From Vulcanimicrobiota bacterium (GTDB taxonomy: Bacteria; Vulcanimicrobiota; Vulcanimicrobiia; Vulcanimicrobiales; Vulcanimicrobiaceae): DNA of 64,000 nt. Below are positions 40,150 through 49,056 of this stretch, piece by piece (within the stretch, counting starts at the first letter, position 1; each line of letters opens with the position of its first letter). The position numbers and the translations under genes were made by a program. The stretch is from assembly GCA_963733295.1 (NCBI GenBank), contig CAVTCS010000003.1, positions 512,001 through 576,000 of the forward strand, written 5' to 3'. The notes beneath the pieces were generated by a model. That model searched no databases. It was not told the DNA's origin and saw nothing but the letters and a program-made list of their open reading frames with translations.

Positions 40150-41001
40150 ATGGCGGCCATCCTGTTCGTTCCCGCCGATCAGACGCGCAAGGTGACGAAT
40201 GCCGCCGGCGGCGCCGCGCGCACGATCGTGTTGGATCTTGAGGACGCCGTGGCGCCGGCGAGTAAGGCTGCGGCGCGCGCGAACCTTGCCTCCGCCGTCG
40301 CCGAGCTGCGCGCAGCCGGCAAGCGCGTCATGGTTCGGATCAACGCCGAGGGTGACGGCTATGATGCCCGCGATCTGGATGCCGCGCTCGAAGCGCCGAT
40401 CGACGAGTTGCTCTTGCCGAAAGTCGAAAGCGTCGGCGCGCTGCGCGAAGTCGAGACGCGCGTCGCGCGGAGTGCGGCCGGCCGGTCGCTGCGGCTCGTG
40501 CTGCTCATCGAAACCGCGCGAGGCGTGCGCGATTTGGCCGAGCTGCTCGAGGCCCCGCGGCTTCGCCACGCGGCGACGCTCGGAACCGCCGACCTCTCAC
40601 GCGATCTCGACATCGAATGGACCTCCGCCGTGAGCGAAAATCCGCCGCTTTTCACCGACTTGTTGACCAACTTGCGCGTGCTTTCGCGCGCGGCAGGTTG
40701 CGATGCGCCACTCGGTAGCGTGTACCCCATCATCGACGACGACGCCGGACTGCAAGCGAACGCCCGACTCGAAGCGCGTTTGGGTTACGCCGGAAAATTC
40801 GCGATTCACCCGCGTCAAGTTCCGATCGTCGAAGCGGTCTACGCGGTCGATCCGGTCGAACTCTCGCGCGCGCGCAACATCGTTGCGGCCTTCGAACGTG
40901 CCGATCGCGAAGGCTCGGGCGCGGTAAGAGTCGACGGCATCATGGTCGACGAACCGGTCGCGCGCCGCGCGTACGCCTTGATCGAGCGGGCGACGCAATG
41001 A
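40150..41001 (+). CDS. CitE/HpcH-family CoA-ester lyase
   Basis: LFVPA, LDLEDAV, VRIN, LPKVE, IETA, GKFAIHP.Q and MVDEP. Confidence 0.88.
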   Translation: MAAILFVPADQTRKVTNAAGGAARTIVLDLEDAVAPASKAAARANLASAVAELRAAGKRVMVRINAEGDGYDARDLDAALEAPIDELLLPKVESVGALREVETRVARSAAGRSLRLVLLIETARGVRDLAELLEAPRLRHAATLGTADLSRDLDIEWTSAVSENPPLFTDLLTNLRVLSRAAGCDAPLGSVYPIIDDDAGLQANARLEARLGYAGKFAIHPRQVPIVEAVYAVDPVELSRARNIVAAFERADREGSGAVRVDGIMVDEPVARRAYALIERATQ

Positions 41002-42227
41002 ACGACGCACCGCTCGCGGGAATCCGCGTTCTCGAGCTGGCCACCATGATCGCCGCGCCGACGACGGGCGCGTTGCTGGCCGACTATGGCGCGACCGTCA
41101 TCAAGGTCGAGCGGCCCGGGCCGGGCGATTTGGCGCGGAAATTCGGCGCGCTCGATGCCCAAGGCGTCTCGTGGTACTGGCGTTCGCTTTCGCGCCGCAA
41201 GCAGTTGGTCGCCGTCGACCTGCACGATCCCGAGATTGCGGCGTTGATGCGACGCTGGATCGAGAGCTTCGACGTGCTGATCGAGAACTTCCGGCCGGGA
41301 ACGCTCGAGCGCTTCGACCTGGCGCCGGAGAAGCTGCTCGAGCTCAATCCACGCCTCGTGGTTCTGCGTGTTACGGCGTTCGGACAGGACGGCCCGTATC
41401 GCGATCGCGCCGGGTTCGGAACGCTCGCCGAGGCGATGACCGGCATCGCTTCGGTCACCGGCTACGAAAACACGCCGCCGCTCCTCCCGTCGTACCCGCT
41501 GGCCGACGTGGTGACGGGCTACCTCGGGGCGGCCGCGGTGAATGCCGCCCTCTTGCGCGCGGCTCGTACCGGGCAGGGGGAAATCATCGATTGCGCGATC
41601 TACGAAGCCGCGATGAAACTCGTCGAGCATCAGATCATGGAGTACGATCGCGCGGGAACGCTGCATCGGAGGATGGGCAATCGACTCGAAGACATCGCAC
41701 CACGCGGCGCCTATCAGTGTTCCGGCGGCGAGTGGATCGCGATCTCCGGGAGCGCGCAGCCGATCGCCGAGCGGATTTTGCGCGTCGTCGGCGGGGAGGC
41801 GCTGGCGAACGATCCGCGTTACGCCAGCAACGCGTCGCGCGTCGAGCACGCCGACGAGCTGGACAAGACGCTAGCCGCGTGGTGCGCGGTCCGCACCCGG
41901 GATGCCGCGCTCGAGGAGCTCACGGCGGCGGGAGGAGCCGCCGGCCCGCTCGAGACGATCGATTCGGTCCTGCACAATCCACAAGTCGCGGCGCGCGAGA
42001 CGTTCGTGTCGGTCCTCGAGCGAGGCGGCGCAGCGTTGCGCATGGCAGGCGTTCTGCCGCGGTTCGAGCGCGCGCAGACCGAGGAGCCCCTCCCCGGGGA
42101 ACTCGCAGTCGGCGCGCGAACGCGCGAGGTACTGAGCGGTGAACTCCAGCTCACCGGCGCCGATCTCGCTTCGTTGGAGGCGCGCGGCGCGATCGAATGT
42201 CCCGCAACGAAAGTGAGCACTTCATGA
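40998..42227 (+). CDS. CaiB/BaiF (class III) CoA-transferase
   Basis: LAGIRVLEL..IAAP, VIKVE, ENFRPG and PLAD. Confidence 0.9.
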   Translation: MNDAPLAGIRVLELATMIAAPTTGALLADYGATVIKVERPGPGDLARKFGALDAQGVSWYWRSLSRRKQLVAVDLHDPEIAALMRRWIESFDVLIENFRPGTLERFDLAPEKLLELNPRLVVLRVTAFGQDGPYRDRAGFGTLAEAMTGIASVTGYENTPPLLPSYPLADVVTGYLGAAAVNAALLRAARTGQGEIIDCAIYEAAMKLVEHQIMEYDRAGTLHRRMGNRLEDIAPRGAYQCSGGEWIAISGSAQPIAERILRVVGGEALANDPRYASNASRVEHADELDKTLAAWCAVRTRDAALEELTAAGGAAGPLETIDSVLHNPQVAARETFVSVLERGGAALRMAGVLPRFERAQTEEPLPGELAVGARTREVLSGELQLTGADLASLEARGAIECPATKVSTS

Positions 42228-43228
42228 TGAACCGTCGCACCTTTACCGCCGCCGCCGCGACCCTCGCGTCGATCGGAATCCTCCGTTTCCCGGCCGGTGC
42301 CGCGGAGTTCACCTACAAGTTCGGCAACGATAATCCCGAGACGCACCCGGTCAACGTCCGGATGAAAGACGCCGCCGCCAAGATCAAAGAAGAGACGGGA
42401 GGCCGTTTCGAGCTGCAGCTCTTCCCGAACAATCAGCTGGGTGGAGATACCGCGATGCTGACCCAGCTCCGCTCGGGCGCCGTCCAATTCCTCACCTTCC
42501 CCGACACGATCTTGGCCTCGATCGTGCCGGTCGCGGCGATCAACGGAATGGGCTTCATCTTCGAGAGCTACAACCACGTGTGGCAGGCGATGGACGGGCA
42601 GCTCGGTGCGTACGTGCGCTCCCAGATCGAAGCCGCCAGCCTCTACGCTTTCGAGAAAGAGTGGAATAACGGCTTTCGCCAGATCACTTCGAGCACGCAC
42701 CCGATCGACAAAGTCGCCGACCTCGATGGCTTCAAGATCCGCGTCCCGGTCAGCCCGCTCGTGCTTTCGCTGTTCAAATCGCTCGGAGCGTCCCCCACGC
42801 CGATCAATTTCAGCGAAGTCTACACCTCGCTGCAAACCCACGTCGTCGACGGTCAAGAGAATCCGGTCGCGCTGATCGAGACGGCTCACCTGTACGAGGT
42901 ACAGAAGTATTTGTCGCTCACGAACCACATGTGGAACGGCTACTGGTTCCTCGCGAACACGGACGCGTGGAACAAACTGCCCAAACAAATTCGTGACGTC
43001 GTCGAGAAGAACGTGAACGCGGCCGCCGTGCTGGAACGCTCCGACCTTGAGAACTCGAATGCGGCCGAAGTAAAAACGCTCGCGACGAAAGGTTTGGCGA
43101 TCAACACGCCGGATCGCGCGCCCTTCAAGAAACGCCTGGTCGATTCCGGATTTTACAAGCAGTGGCACCAAACGTATGGCGATAAAGCCTGGGCCGCGCT
43201 CGAGAAGTACACCGGTCCGCTGGGCTAG
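42224..43228 (+). CDS. TRAP substrate-binding protein (DctP), second paralogue
   Basis: Tat signal NRRTF, FPNNQLGGDTAMLTQLRSGA and VDGQENP. Confidence 0.92.
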   Translation: MMNRRTFTAAAATLASIGILRFPAGAAEFTYKFGNDNPETHPVNVRMKDAAAKIKEETGGRFELQLFPNNQLGGDTAMLTQLRSGAVQFLTFPDTILASIVPVAAINGMGFIFESYNHVWQAMDGQLGAYVRSQIEAASLYAFEKEWNNGFRQITSSTHPIDKVADLDGFKIRVPVSPLVLSLFKSLGASPTPINFSEVYTSLQTHVVDGQENPVALIETAHLYEVQKYLSLTNHMWNGYWFLANTDAWNKLPKQIRDVVEKNVNAAAVLERSDLENSNAAEVKTLATKGLAINTPDRAPFKKRLVDSGFYKQWHQTYGDKAWAALEKYTGPLG

Positions 43229-43246
43229 CGACCACCTCGGGATGGG

Positions 43247-44119
43247 TTGAGCGACTCGCAGCAATCCTTCGAGTTCGTTCACGCGACCGAACCGGAGGCG
43301 CGCGTGGAATCGATCCCGTTCGGCGACGGCTCGATCGCGGTCGGGACGTGCGGGTACTCGTATAAGGATTGGGTCGGGCGCTTCTACCCTCGAAGCATCA
43401 AGTCGAACGGAATGCTGCCGTACTATGCCGAGCATTTCCCCGCCGTCGAGATCGACGCGTCGTACTATCGCGTGCCCACCGAGGCGGCGTTCGCCTCGAT
43501 GGAGGCGCGGACGCCTTCGGGCTTCCGGTTCGCGGCGAAACTGCCGGGTTCGGTGACGCACCTTCCGGCGGATGAGGTGCACCGCGTGCCGGACGACGCG
43601 CGGCTGTTCCGCGAGAACATCGCTCCCTTGATCCGCAGCGGAAAGCTCGGTGCCGTCCTGATGCAATTCCCGCATTCGTTCGCTGCGACGTCGCGTGCCG
43701 AAAACTATTTGAAGAGCCTACGCGAGGAGCTTGCCGGCCTTTCGCTCGTGGCGGAGTTTCGCAACCGGGAATGGCAGCGCCACGCGACGCTGGAACTGCT
43801 CGCCGAACTCGACATCGCTTGGTGCAACGTCGACGAACCGCAATTCGACAAGTTGCTGCGACCGTCGAGCGATGTGGTCGGACCGCTCGCGTACGTGCGC
43901 TTTCACGGACGCAACTACCAGAACTGGTGGCGAGGGACGGCCGAAACGCGCTACGACTACGACTACACTGAAGAAGAGCTCGCTCCGTGGACGGAGCGCG
44001 TCGCCGAAATGGCAGCGCAAACGAAACAAACCTACGTGTTCTTCAACAACCACCGCTTGGGTCAAGCCGCCAAAAACGCCGGCACCTTCGCCCGCATGTT
44101 GCTGGCCGGGTTACGGTAG
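43247..44119 (+). CDS. DUF72 domain protein
   Basis: GTCGYSY.DW, VEIDASYY, QFP.SF, EFR, YVRFHGR and YVFFNN. Confidence 0.9.
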   Translation: MSDSQQSFEFVHATEPEARVESIPFGDGSIAVGTCGYSYKDWVGRFYPRSIKSNGMLPYYAEHFPAVEIDASYYRVPTEAAFASMEARTPSGFRFAAKLPGSVTHLPADEVHRVPDDARLFRENIAPLIRSGKLGAVLMQFPHSFAATSRAENYLKSLREELAGLSLVAEFRNREWQRHATLELLAELDIAWCNVDEPQFDKLLRPSSDVVGPLAYVRFHGRNYQNWWRGTAETRYDYDYTEEELAPWTERVAEMAAQTKQTYVFFNNHRLGQAAKNAGTFARMLLAGLR

Positions 44120-44623
44120 CGGCTGCGACGACGTGGACTTTGGAATGAGGCTGTTCTGGACGACCGAGAGTTTCCAGCCGCTGGGGAGCTGGACCCAGAC
44201 TTGCGTGAAGCGATAGTGAACGGGTTCCATATTGCTGGCGGGCACGCCCTGAATGTGGCTGAGGACGTCGAGAGCACCGGCGAGTATGACGATTTTGCCG
44301 AACGCGCGCGCCTGGACGTTGCTGCGCTGGAACGTGTCGAACGTGACCTGCTTCGACGCGAGTTGCTGCGCCATCGGCAGGTAGTCGTCGAGAAACTGCT
44401 TCTTGTTTTCAACGCGCCCGCCGACGCCGGTTGAAATCAAGTCGTCGGCGAGAAATCCCGTGACCGCGTCCCCGTCGCCGGCGCGGAAGGCTTTGTCGAA
44501 GGCTGCGGATGCGGCCAAGAGTGCGGGCGGCGCCTGATCGAGCGCCGCTTGCGCTGAGCCGGTGCCGCGCGTTCCGGCGAGCAGCGCGACCGTCAAGAGT
44601 GCGACGGTAAGTCCGAGCTTCAT
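44111..44623 (-). CDS. Secreted NTF2-like (DUF4440) protein
   Basis: Signal peptide, LADD....G...NKKQFL and RFTQVWV....WKL. Confidence 0.78.
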   Translation of the reverse strand: MKLGLTVALLTVALLAGTRGTGSAQAALDQAPPALLAASAAFDKAFRAGDGDAVTGFLADDLISTGVGGRVENKKQFLDDYLPMAQQLASKQVTFDTFQRSNVQARAFGKIVILAGALDVLSHIQGVPASNMEPVHYRFTQVWVQLPSGWKLSVVQNSLIPKSTSSQPLP

Positions 44624-45777
44624 GCGATCTCCCCGCGAATTTCGTCGAGAGCTGTGAAGAAGGCGTCGATTTCCGCGTCGCTCGTGTAGAAGTGTGGCCC
44701 GACGCGGATGCCGCAACCGGGGCGATAGTCGACGAAGATGCGGCGCTCGATGAGCCGCGCGGTCGCACGGTCCGCCCCGGGGAAGTCGATGCCGATCCAG
44801 CCGGTCCGTTTCTCGGGATCGAGCGGTGTCGGAACCTTCAACCCGCGCTCGAGCGCAGCTTCCGCGAGACGCGTCGTCAAGCGCACGTTGTGGGCGCGAA
44901 TGCTCGGAACGCCGGCAGCCAAGATCGCGTCGTGTCCGGCGCGCGCCGCGAGGTAACCCGGAATGGTCGGCGTGCCGCTATTCCACCGATGCTGACCCAG
45001 GGTGAGCCGGATCGGCGCCGGCTCGAAAGCGAAGGGCGCGTCGTGCGCCATCCAGCCCGTGATCGCCGGCGCGAGTCGCTCGCGCAATTCGGGCTTGATA
45101 TAGATGAAGCCGCAGCCGGGTCCGCCGCACAGCCACTTGTGACTGCCGCCGACCACGACGTCGACGTCCAGAGCGCGCGCGTCGTAGGGGTAGATGCCGG
45201 TCGTTTGATACGCGTCGAGCACGAACAGAGCGCCGGTATCGCGGCAGCGGGCCACGATCGCCGGTACGTCGATGAGGGCGCCGGAGACGTAGGCCGCATG
45301 CGAGAGCGCGACGACGGCGGTGCGTTCGGTAATCGCCGAACAGAGGCGGTCCGTCGACATGGTGCGGCCGTCCTCCGAGGGAACGCAAACCGCCCGCGCA
45401 CCGAATCGCTCCCACGCCTTCCAAACGTAGGTCACGGACGGAAACATCAGCTCTTCGAAGACGACCTCGTTCCGCTCGCCGCGGAAGTCGATCGTCGACG
45501 CGATGGCCGCCTCCAGCAACGACACGTTGGGTCCGAGCGAAACGCTTCCCGCGGGAGCACCGAAGATCGACCCGAGGTTGTCGGCGAGCGCCGCGATCTC
45601 GGGCAGCCAGGCTTCCCACGCCTCGGGGCCCTCACGAGCCCAGGCCTCCCAATAGGTCCCGAGCGCGTCTTTTGCTCCAAGCGGCGCAGCGCCCATGGAA
45701 TGCGACACGAGGTATGTCGCGCTCTCGAGCGTGGGGAATCGTTCGCGAAAGCGCGGCCGGGTCGTGGTTTCGAGCAT
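44620..45777 (-). CDS. Class V PLP enzyme, kynureninase-like
   Basis: HSMGA, FPSV.Y, DAYQ, GSHKWLCGGPG and IRVGPHFY. Confidence 0.85.
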   Translation of the reverse strand: MLETTTRPRFRERFPTLESATYLVSHSMGAAPLGAKDALGTYWEAWAREGPEAWEAWLPEIAALADNLGSIFGAPAGSVSLGPNVSLLEAAIASTIDFRGERNEVVFEELMFPSVTYVWKAWERFGARAVCVPSEDGRTMSTDRLCSAITERTAVVALSHAAYVSGALIDVPAIVARCRDTGALFVLDAYQTTGIYPYDARALDVDVVVGGSHKWLCGGPGCGFIYIKPELRERLAPAITGWMAHDAPFAFEPAPIRLTLGQHRWNSGTPTIPGYLAARAGHDAILAAGVPSIRAHNVRLTTRLAEAALERGLKVPTPLDPEKRTGWIGIDFPGADRATARLIERRIFVDYRPGCGIRVGPHFYTSDAEIDAFFTALDEIRGEIA

Positions 45778-45851
45778 GGGCGGCCCCTTCGCCGGTTTGC
45801 CGGTCACCGCCCGCGGGATGGTTTTCCACAGCGCGCGAGCTATAGTTTCAT

Positions 45852-46865
45852 ATGGTGAACAGACGGCGAGTCGACGCCCGCGTCGAGTTAGAGTTTCTGC
45901 GAGCCACCGAGGCGGCGGCGATCGTCTCCGGCAAGCTCGTCGGGCGGGGCGACAAGAACGGCGTCGACCAAGCGGCTGTCGATGCGATGCGCGGCGTGCT
46001 CGGCGAGGTGGACATCGACGGCGTCGTCGTCATCGGCGAGGGCGAGAAGGACGAAGCGCCGATGCTCTACATCGGCGAGCCCGTGGGAACCGGCGACGGG
46101 CCGGCCATGGACGTCGCGGTCGATCCGATCGACGGTACGACGCTCGCCTCAAAAGGCGGTCACGGCGCGATCTCGGTTCTGGCGGCGGCCGAGCGCGGAT
46201 CGCTCTTTCACACGCACATCGCGTACATGGACAAGATCATTGTCGGGAAAGCCGGCCGGGGCGTTATCTCGATCGAGGCGTCGGTTGCGGAGAACGTGCG
46301 CGCGCTTGCGAAGGCGATGGACCGGCCGGTCACCGAGATCACCGTTGCCCTGCTCGAGCGTCCGAGGAACGATCAGAAGGTTGCGGAGTTGCGCGAGATC
46401 GGAGCCCGCGTGCGTCTTTTCGGCGACGGCGACGTGGCGAACGGATTGATCGCCGCCCTCGAGGATCGTCATCGCATCGACATGCTGATGGGCATCGGCG
46501 GCGCGACCGAAGGCGTCGTAACCGCCTGCGCCGTCAAGAGCTTGGGCGGGGACATGCAAGGCCGCTTATGGCTGCGCGAGGGTGAGGAGGCGATCGCCGA
46601 GCGAGAAGGCATCGATCCTAGCAAGGTGCTGTTCCTGGACGATCTGTGTAAATCCGATCTGTCGATCCTCGCAGCAACCGGCGTTACGGACGGCGAACTT
46701 CTTGAGGGCGTAACGTACGTTCGCGGTAGCGCGTACACCCAATCGATTATCATCTCGTCGTTCACGCATACGATGCGCATGGTCGAAGGAAAACACGACC
46801 TCGAATATTTCTCCAACTTGATCGCCGTCAACGGCGTCTCGACTCTCCTCAAGGAGCACGTATGA
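45852..46865 (+). CDS. glpX: Class II fructose-1,6-bisphosphatase
   Basis: VIGEGEKDEAPML, AVDPIDGT, YMDK, DGDV and ATGVTDG. Confidence 0.94.
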   Translation: MVNRRRVDARVELEFLRATEAAAIVSGKLVGRGDKNGVDQAAVDAMRGVLGEVDIDGVVVIGEGEKDEAPMLYIGEPVGTGDGPAMDVAVDPIDGTTLASKGGHGAISVLAAAERGSLFHTHIAYMDKIIVGKAGRGVISIEASVAENVRALAKAMDRPVTEITVALLERPRNDQKVAELREIGARVRLFGDGDVANGLIAALEDRHRIDMLMGIGGATEGVVTACAVKSLGGDMQGRLWLREGEEAIAEREGIDPSKVLFLDDLCKSDLSILAATGVTDGELLEGVTYVRGSAYTQSIIISSFTHTMRMVEGKHDLEYFSNLIAVNGVSTLLKEHV

Positions 46866-47917
46866 GCAGCCACCTCGCAGCAGTCGCGAAAGCGATGGTC
46901 GCACCCGGCAAAGGGATCCTGGCCGCGGACGAGAGCACGCCAACCGCCAACAAGCGTTTCGCGGCGCTCAACATTCCCGAGACCGAAGAGATGCGGCGGT
47001 CGTACCGCGAGATGCTCTTCAGCGCTCCGCACTTCGGCGAGTACTTTAGCGGCGTCATCCTTTACGACGAGACGATCCACCAAAACGATTCGCAGGGTAA
47101 ACCCTTCGTCGCGGTCCTCAAAGACGACGGTTCGCTGCCCGGCATCAAGCTCGACACCGGCGCTCACCCGCTCGCTCTCGGCGGCCCCGACGAGAAGATT
47201 ACCGAAGGGCTCGATGGTCTCGCCGCACGCGTTGAGGAGTACGTCAAGATCGGAGCCGCGTTCGCGAAGTGGCGCGCCGTCATCCAAATCGATGCGGGAA
47301 TCCCGACGTACCGGTGCATCGAAGCGAATGCGAACGCGCTGGCGCGCTATGCGGCAATCTGCCAAGTCGGCGGACTCGTTCCGATCGTCGAGCCGGAGGT
47401 TCTCATGGACGGCGTGCACTCGAAGCACACGCTCGAGCGCAGCTTCGAAGTCCACGAACGCGTGCTGCCGATCGTCTTCGAGCAGCTCGCGATCGCCGGC
47501 GTCAAATTCGAAGAGATGGTCCTCAAACCGAGCATGGTCATCCCCGGTCAAACGTCGGGCCAAAAAGCCTCGGTGCGTGAAGTCGCCGACGCGACGCTCA
47601 CGGTCCTCATGCGTTGGGTGCCGCCGGCCGTCGGCGGGATAGCCTTCCTCTCGGGAGGCCAGAGCGACGAGGACGCGACCGCTCACCTCAACGAGATCAA
47701 CGTCCTCGCTCGCGAGCGCCGCGCGCCGTGGAACCTGACCTTCTCGTACGGCCGCGCGCTTCAGCAGCCCGCCCTTCACATCTGGCTGGGCGACCGCGCC
47801 AATAACGCGAAGGCGCAAGCCGCGATGATGCGCCGCGCCAAGCTCGTGAGCCTAGCCTCGCTCGGCAAATATACCCCTAGTATGGAGGCCGAAGGGGAAC
47901 TCGCTTTGAGTCGCTAG
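46862..47917 (+). CDS. Class I fructose-bisphosphate aldolase
   Basis: GILAADES, FAKWR, PIVEPEV, LKPSM, FLSGGQ and FSYGRALQ. Confidence 0.94.
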   Translation: MSSHLAAVAKAMVAPGKGILAADESTPTANKRFAALNIPETEEMRRSYREMLFSAPHFGEYFSGVILYDETIHQNDSQGKPFVAVLKDDGSLPGIKLDTGAHPLALGGPDEKITEGLDGLAARVEEYVKIGAAFAKWRAVIQIDAGIPTYRCIEANANALARYAAICQVGGLVPIVEPEVLMDGVHSKHTLERSFEVHERVLPIVFEQLAIAGVKFEEMVLKPSMVIPGQTSGQKASVREVADATLTVLMRWVPPAVGGIAFLSGGQSDEDATAHLNEINVLARERRAPWNLTFSYGRALQQPALHIWLGDRANNAKAQAAMMRRAKLVSLASLGKYTPSMEAEGELALSR

Positions 47918-47962
47918 ACCCTGCGGAAAACCTCTCGCGATGCCGATGTTCAAGGAGGACAG

Positions 47963-48232
47963 GTGTCGCCCAGAGGGATCAACATGGTAGGCGTTCTCGT
48001 CATTGTCGTTGGGGTCGTCCTGACGGCTGTAGGAATAACCCTCGGAAGCTTCAAGCCGCTTCCGGGCTATCCGTCGCCCGTTCCGGTCTGGCTCGGCTGG
48101 TCAGCCGCCCTGCTGGGGTTCCTCGTGGTCCTCGGCGGCGTCGTCAAATCGGCTCAAGAGGCCAAGGCAGTGATCGAGGGCCGGCGGACCCAAGCTCGGG
48201 CCCTGCGCCGGCAGCGCCGGGAGGCGCCCTAA
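47963..48232 (+). CDS. Small two-TM membrane protein
   Basis: AAGGAGG RBS before GTG; two hydrophobic helices and a basic tail. Confidence 0.6.
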   Translation: MSPRGINMVGVLVIVVGVVLTAVGITLGSFKPLPGYPSPVPVWLGWSAALLGFLVVLGGVVKSAQEAKAVIEGRRTQARALRRQRREAP

Positions 48233-48432
48233 GGCCGCCGTCCGCCTGGTGCGGCGGTGCGCCCGGTTTCCACGCGCGCCAGCTGCAGCGAGACATAGCT
48301 CATGTCGACCGCCACGAAGAGCAGGGCGATCACCCAACCGTAAGCGACCGGTAGATCGAGGCCGCCAAAAAGATACGGGACGGCCCAGATGGCGAGAAGC
48401 GCTGCGACGAGGCCGTTGACGACGAACTTCAC
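48229..48432 (-). CDS. Small two-TM membrane protein
   Basis: 67 aa, two hydrophobic helices; convergent with the previous gene. Confidence 0.5.
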   Translation of the reverse strand: MKFVVNGLVAALLAIWAVPYLFGGLDLPVAYGWVIALLFVAVDMSYVSLQLARVETGRTAAPGGRRP

Positions 48433-48652
48433 GGAGCCGGGCTCCTTCGCTTGGCAGGTACGTAATCTACCACCCTATCGGTCGCTTGCCGCAATACTTT
48501 AGGCAGAAAAAGCAAGTGAGGCCAAGGCGGACCTAGCGCACATTCCGCCCTTCCAGCCCGCTTGACTGTGGAGAGCTCAGGTGCGCTCTGCCGATGACCC
48601 TGAAAGCAATGGAGCTCTACGCTCCGCCAGCACAAGGATGGGAAGTCGGCGC

Positions 48653-48919
48653 ATGAATCAATCTTGGATGAAACACCTTCAGCTCTTGAGCATCCGGCAC
48701 GCCGAAGCGTGTTTGGGCTACGATCGCGCAGTTGCCGCGGCGCTCCAGATGGGGCACGACGAGCACGGCGCGGCGGAGGACGGGAGCATCGCACTGCACA
48801 GCATCGCTCGTGCGAAGCGCCTCATGGAAGAGACTCACGACGAGTTGGTGAGCTTCGTCGACGGCGTTGCAAAGCAACAATTCGTCGACGTGCTCGGCGA
48901 TAACGAGGGGGTAGCTTAG
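48653..48919 (+). CDS. Hypothetical small helical protein
   Basis: 88 aa MNQSWMKHLQ... with natural composition; fills the intergenic gap. Confidence 0.5.
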   Translation: MNQSWMKHLQLLSIRHAEACLGYDRAVAAALQMGHDEHGAAEDGSIALHSIARAKRLMEETHDELVSFVDGVAKQQFVDVLGDNEGVA

Positions 48920-48921
48920 CC

Positions 48922-49056
48922 GTGCGCGTTATCTCGACGATCGCCTACGCTTCAGCCTTCGCCTACGCGGCCTGCGTGCTCTCAGTCGCCGTCGCGCAGG
49001 GTTCGACCACCGCAACTCACGCACATCACGCGAAAGCGATCAGCGCACCTCGCTGA
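48922..49056 (+). CDS. Putative 44-aa exported peptide
   Basis: Manual translation MRVISTIAYASAFAYAACVLSVAVAQGSTTATHAHHAKAISAPR, 2 nt after the previous stop. Confidence 0.3.
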   Translation: MRVISTIAYASAFAYAACVLSVAVAQGSTTATHAHHAKAISAPR

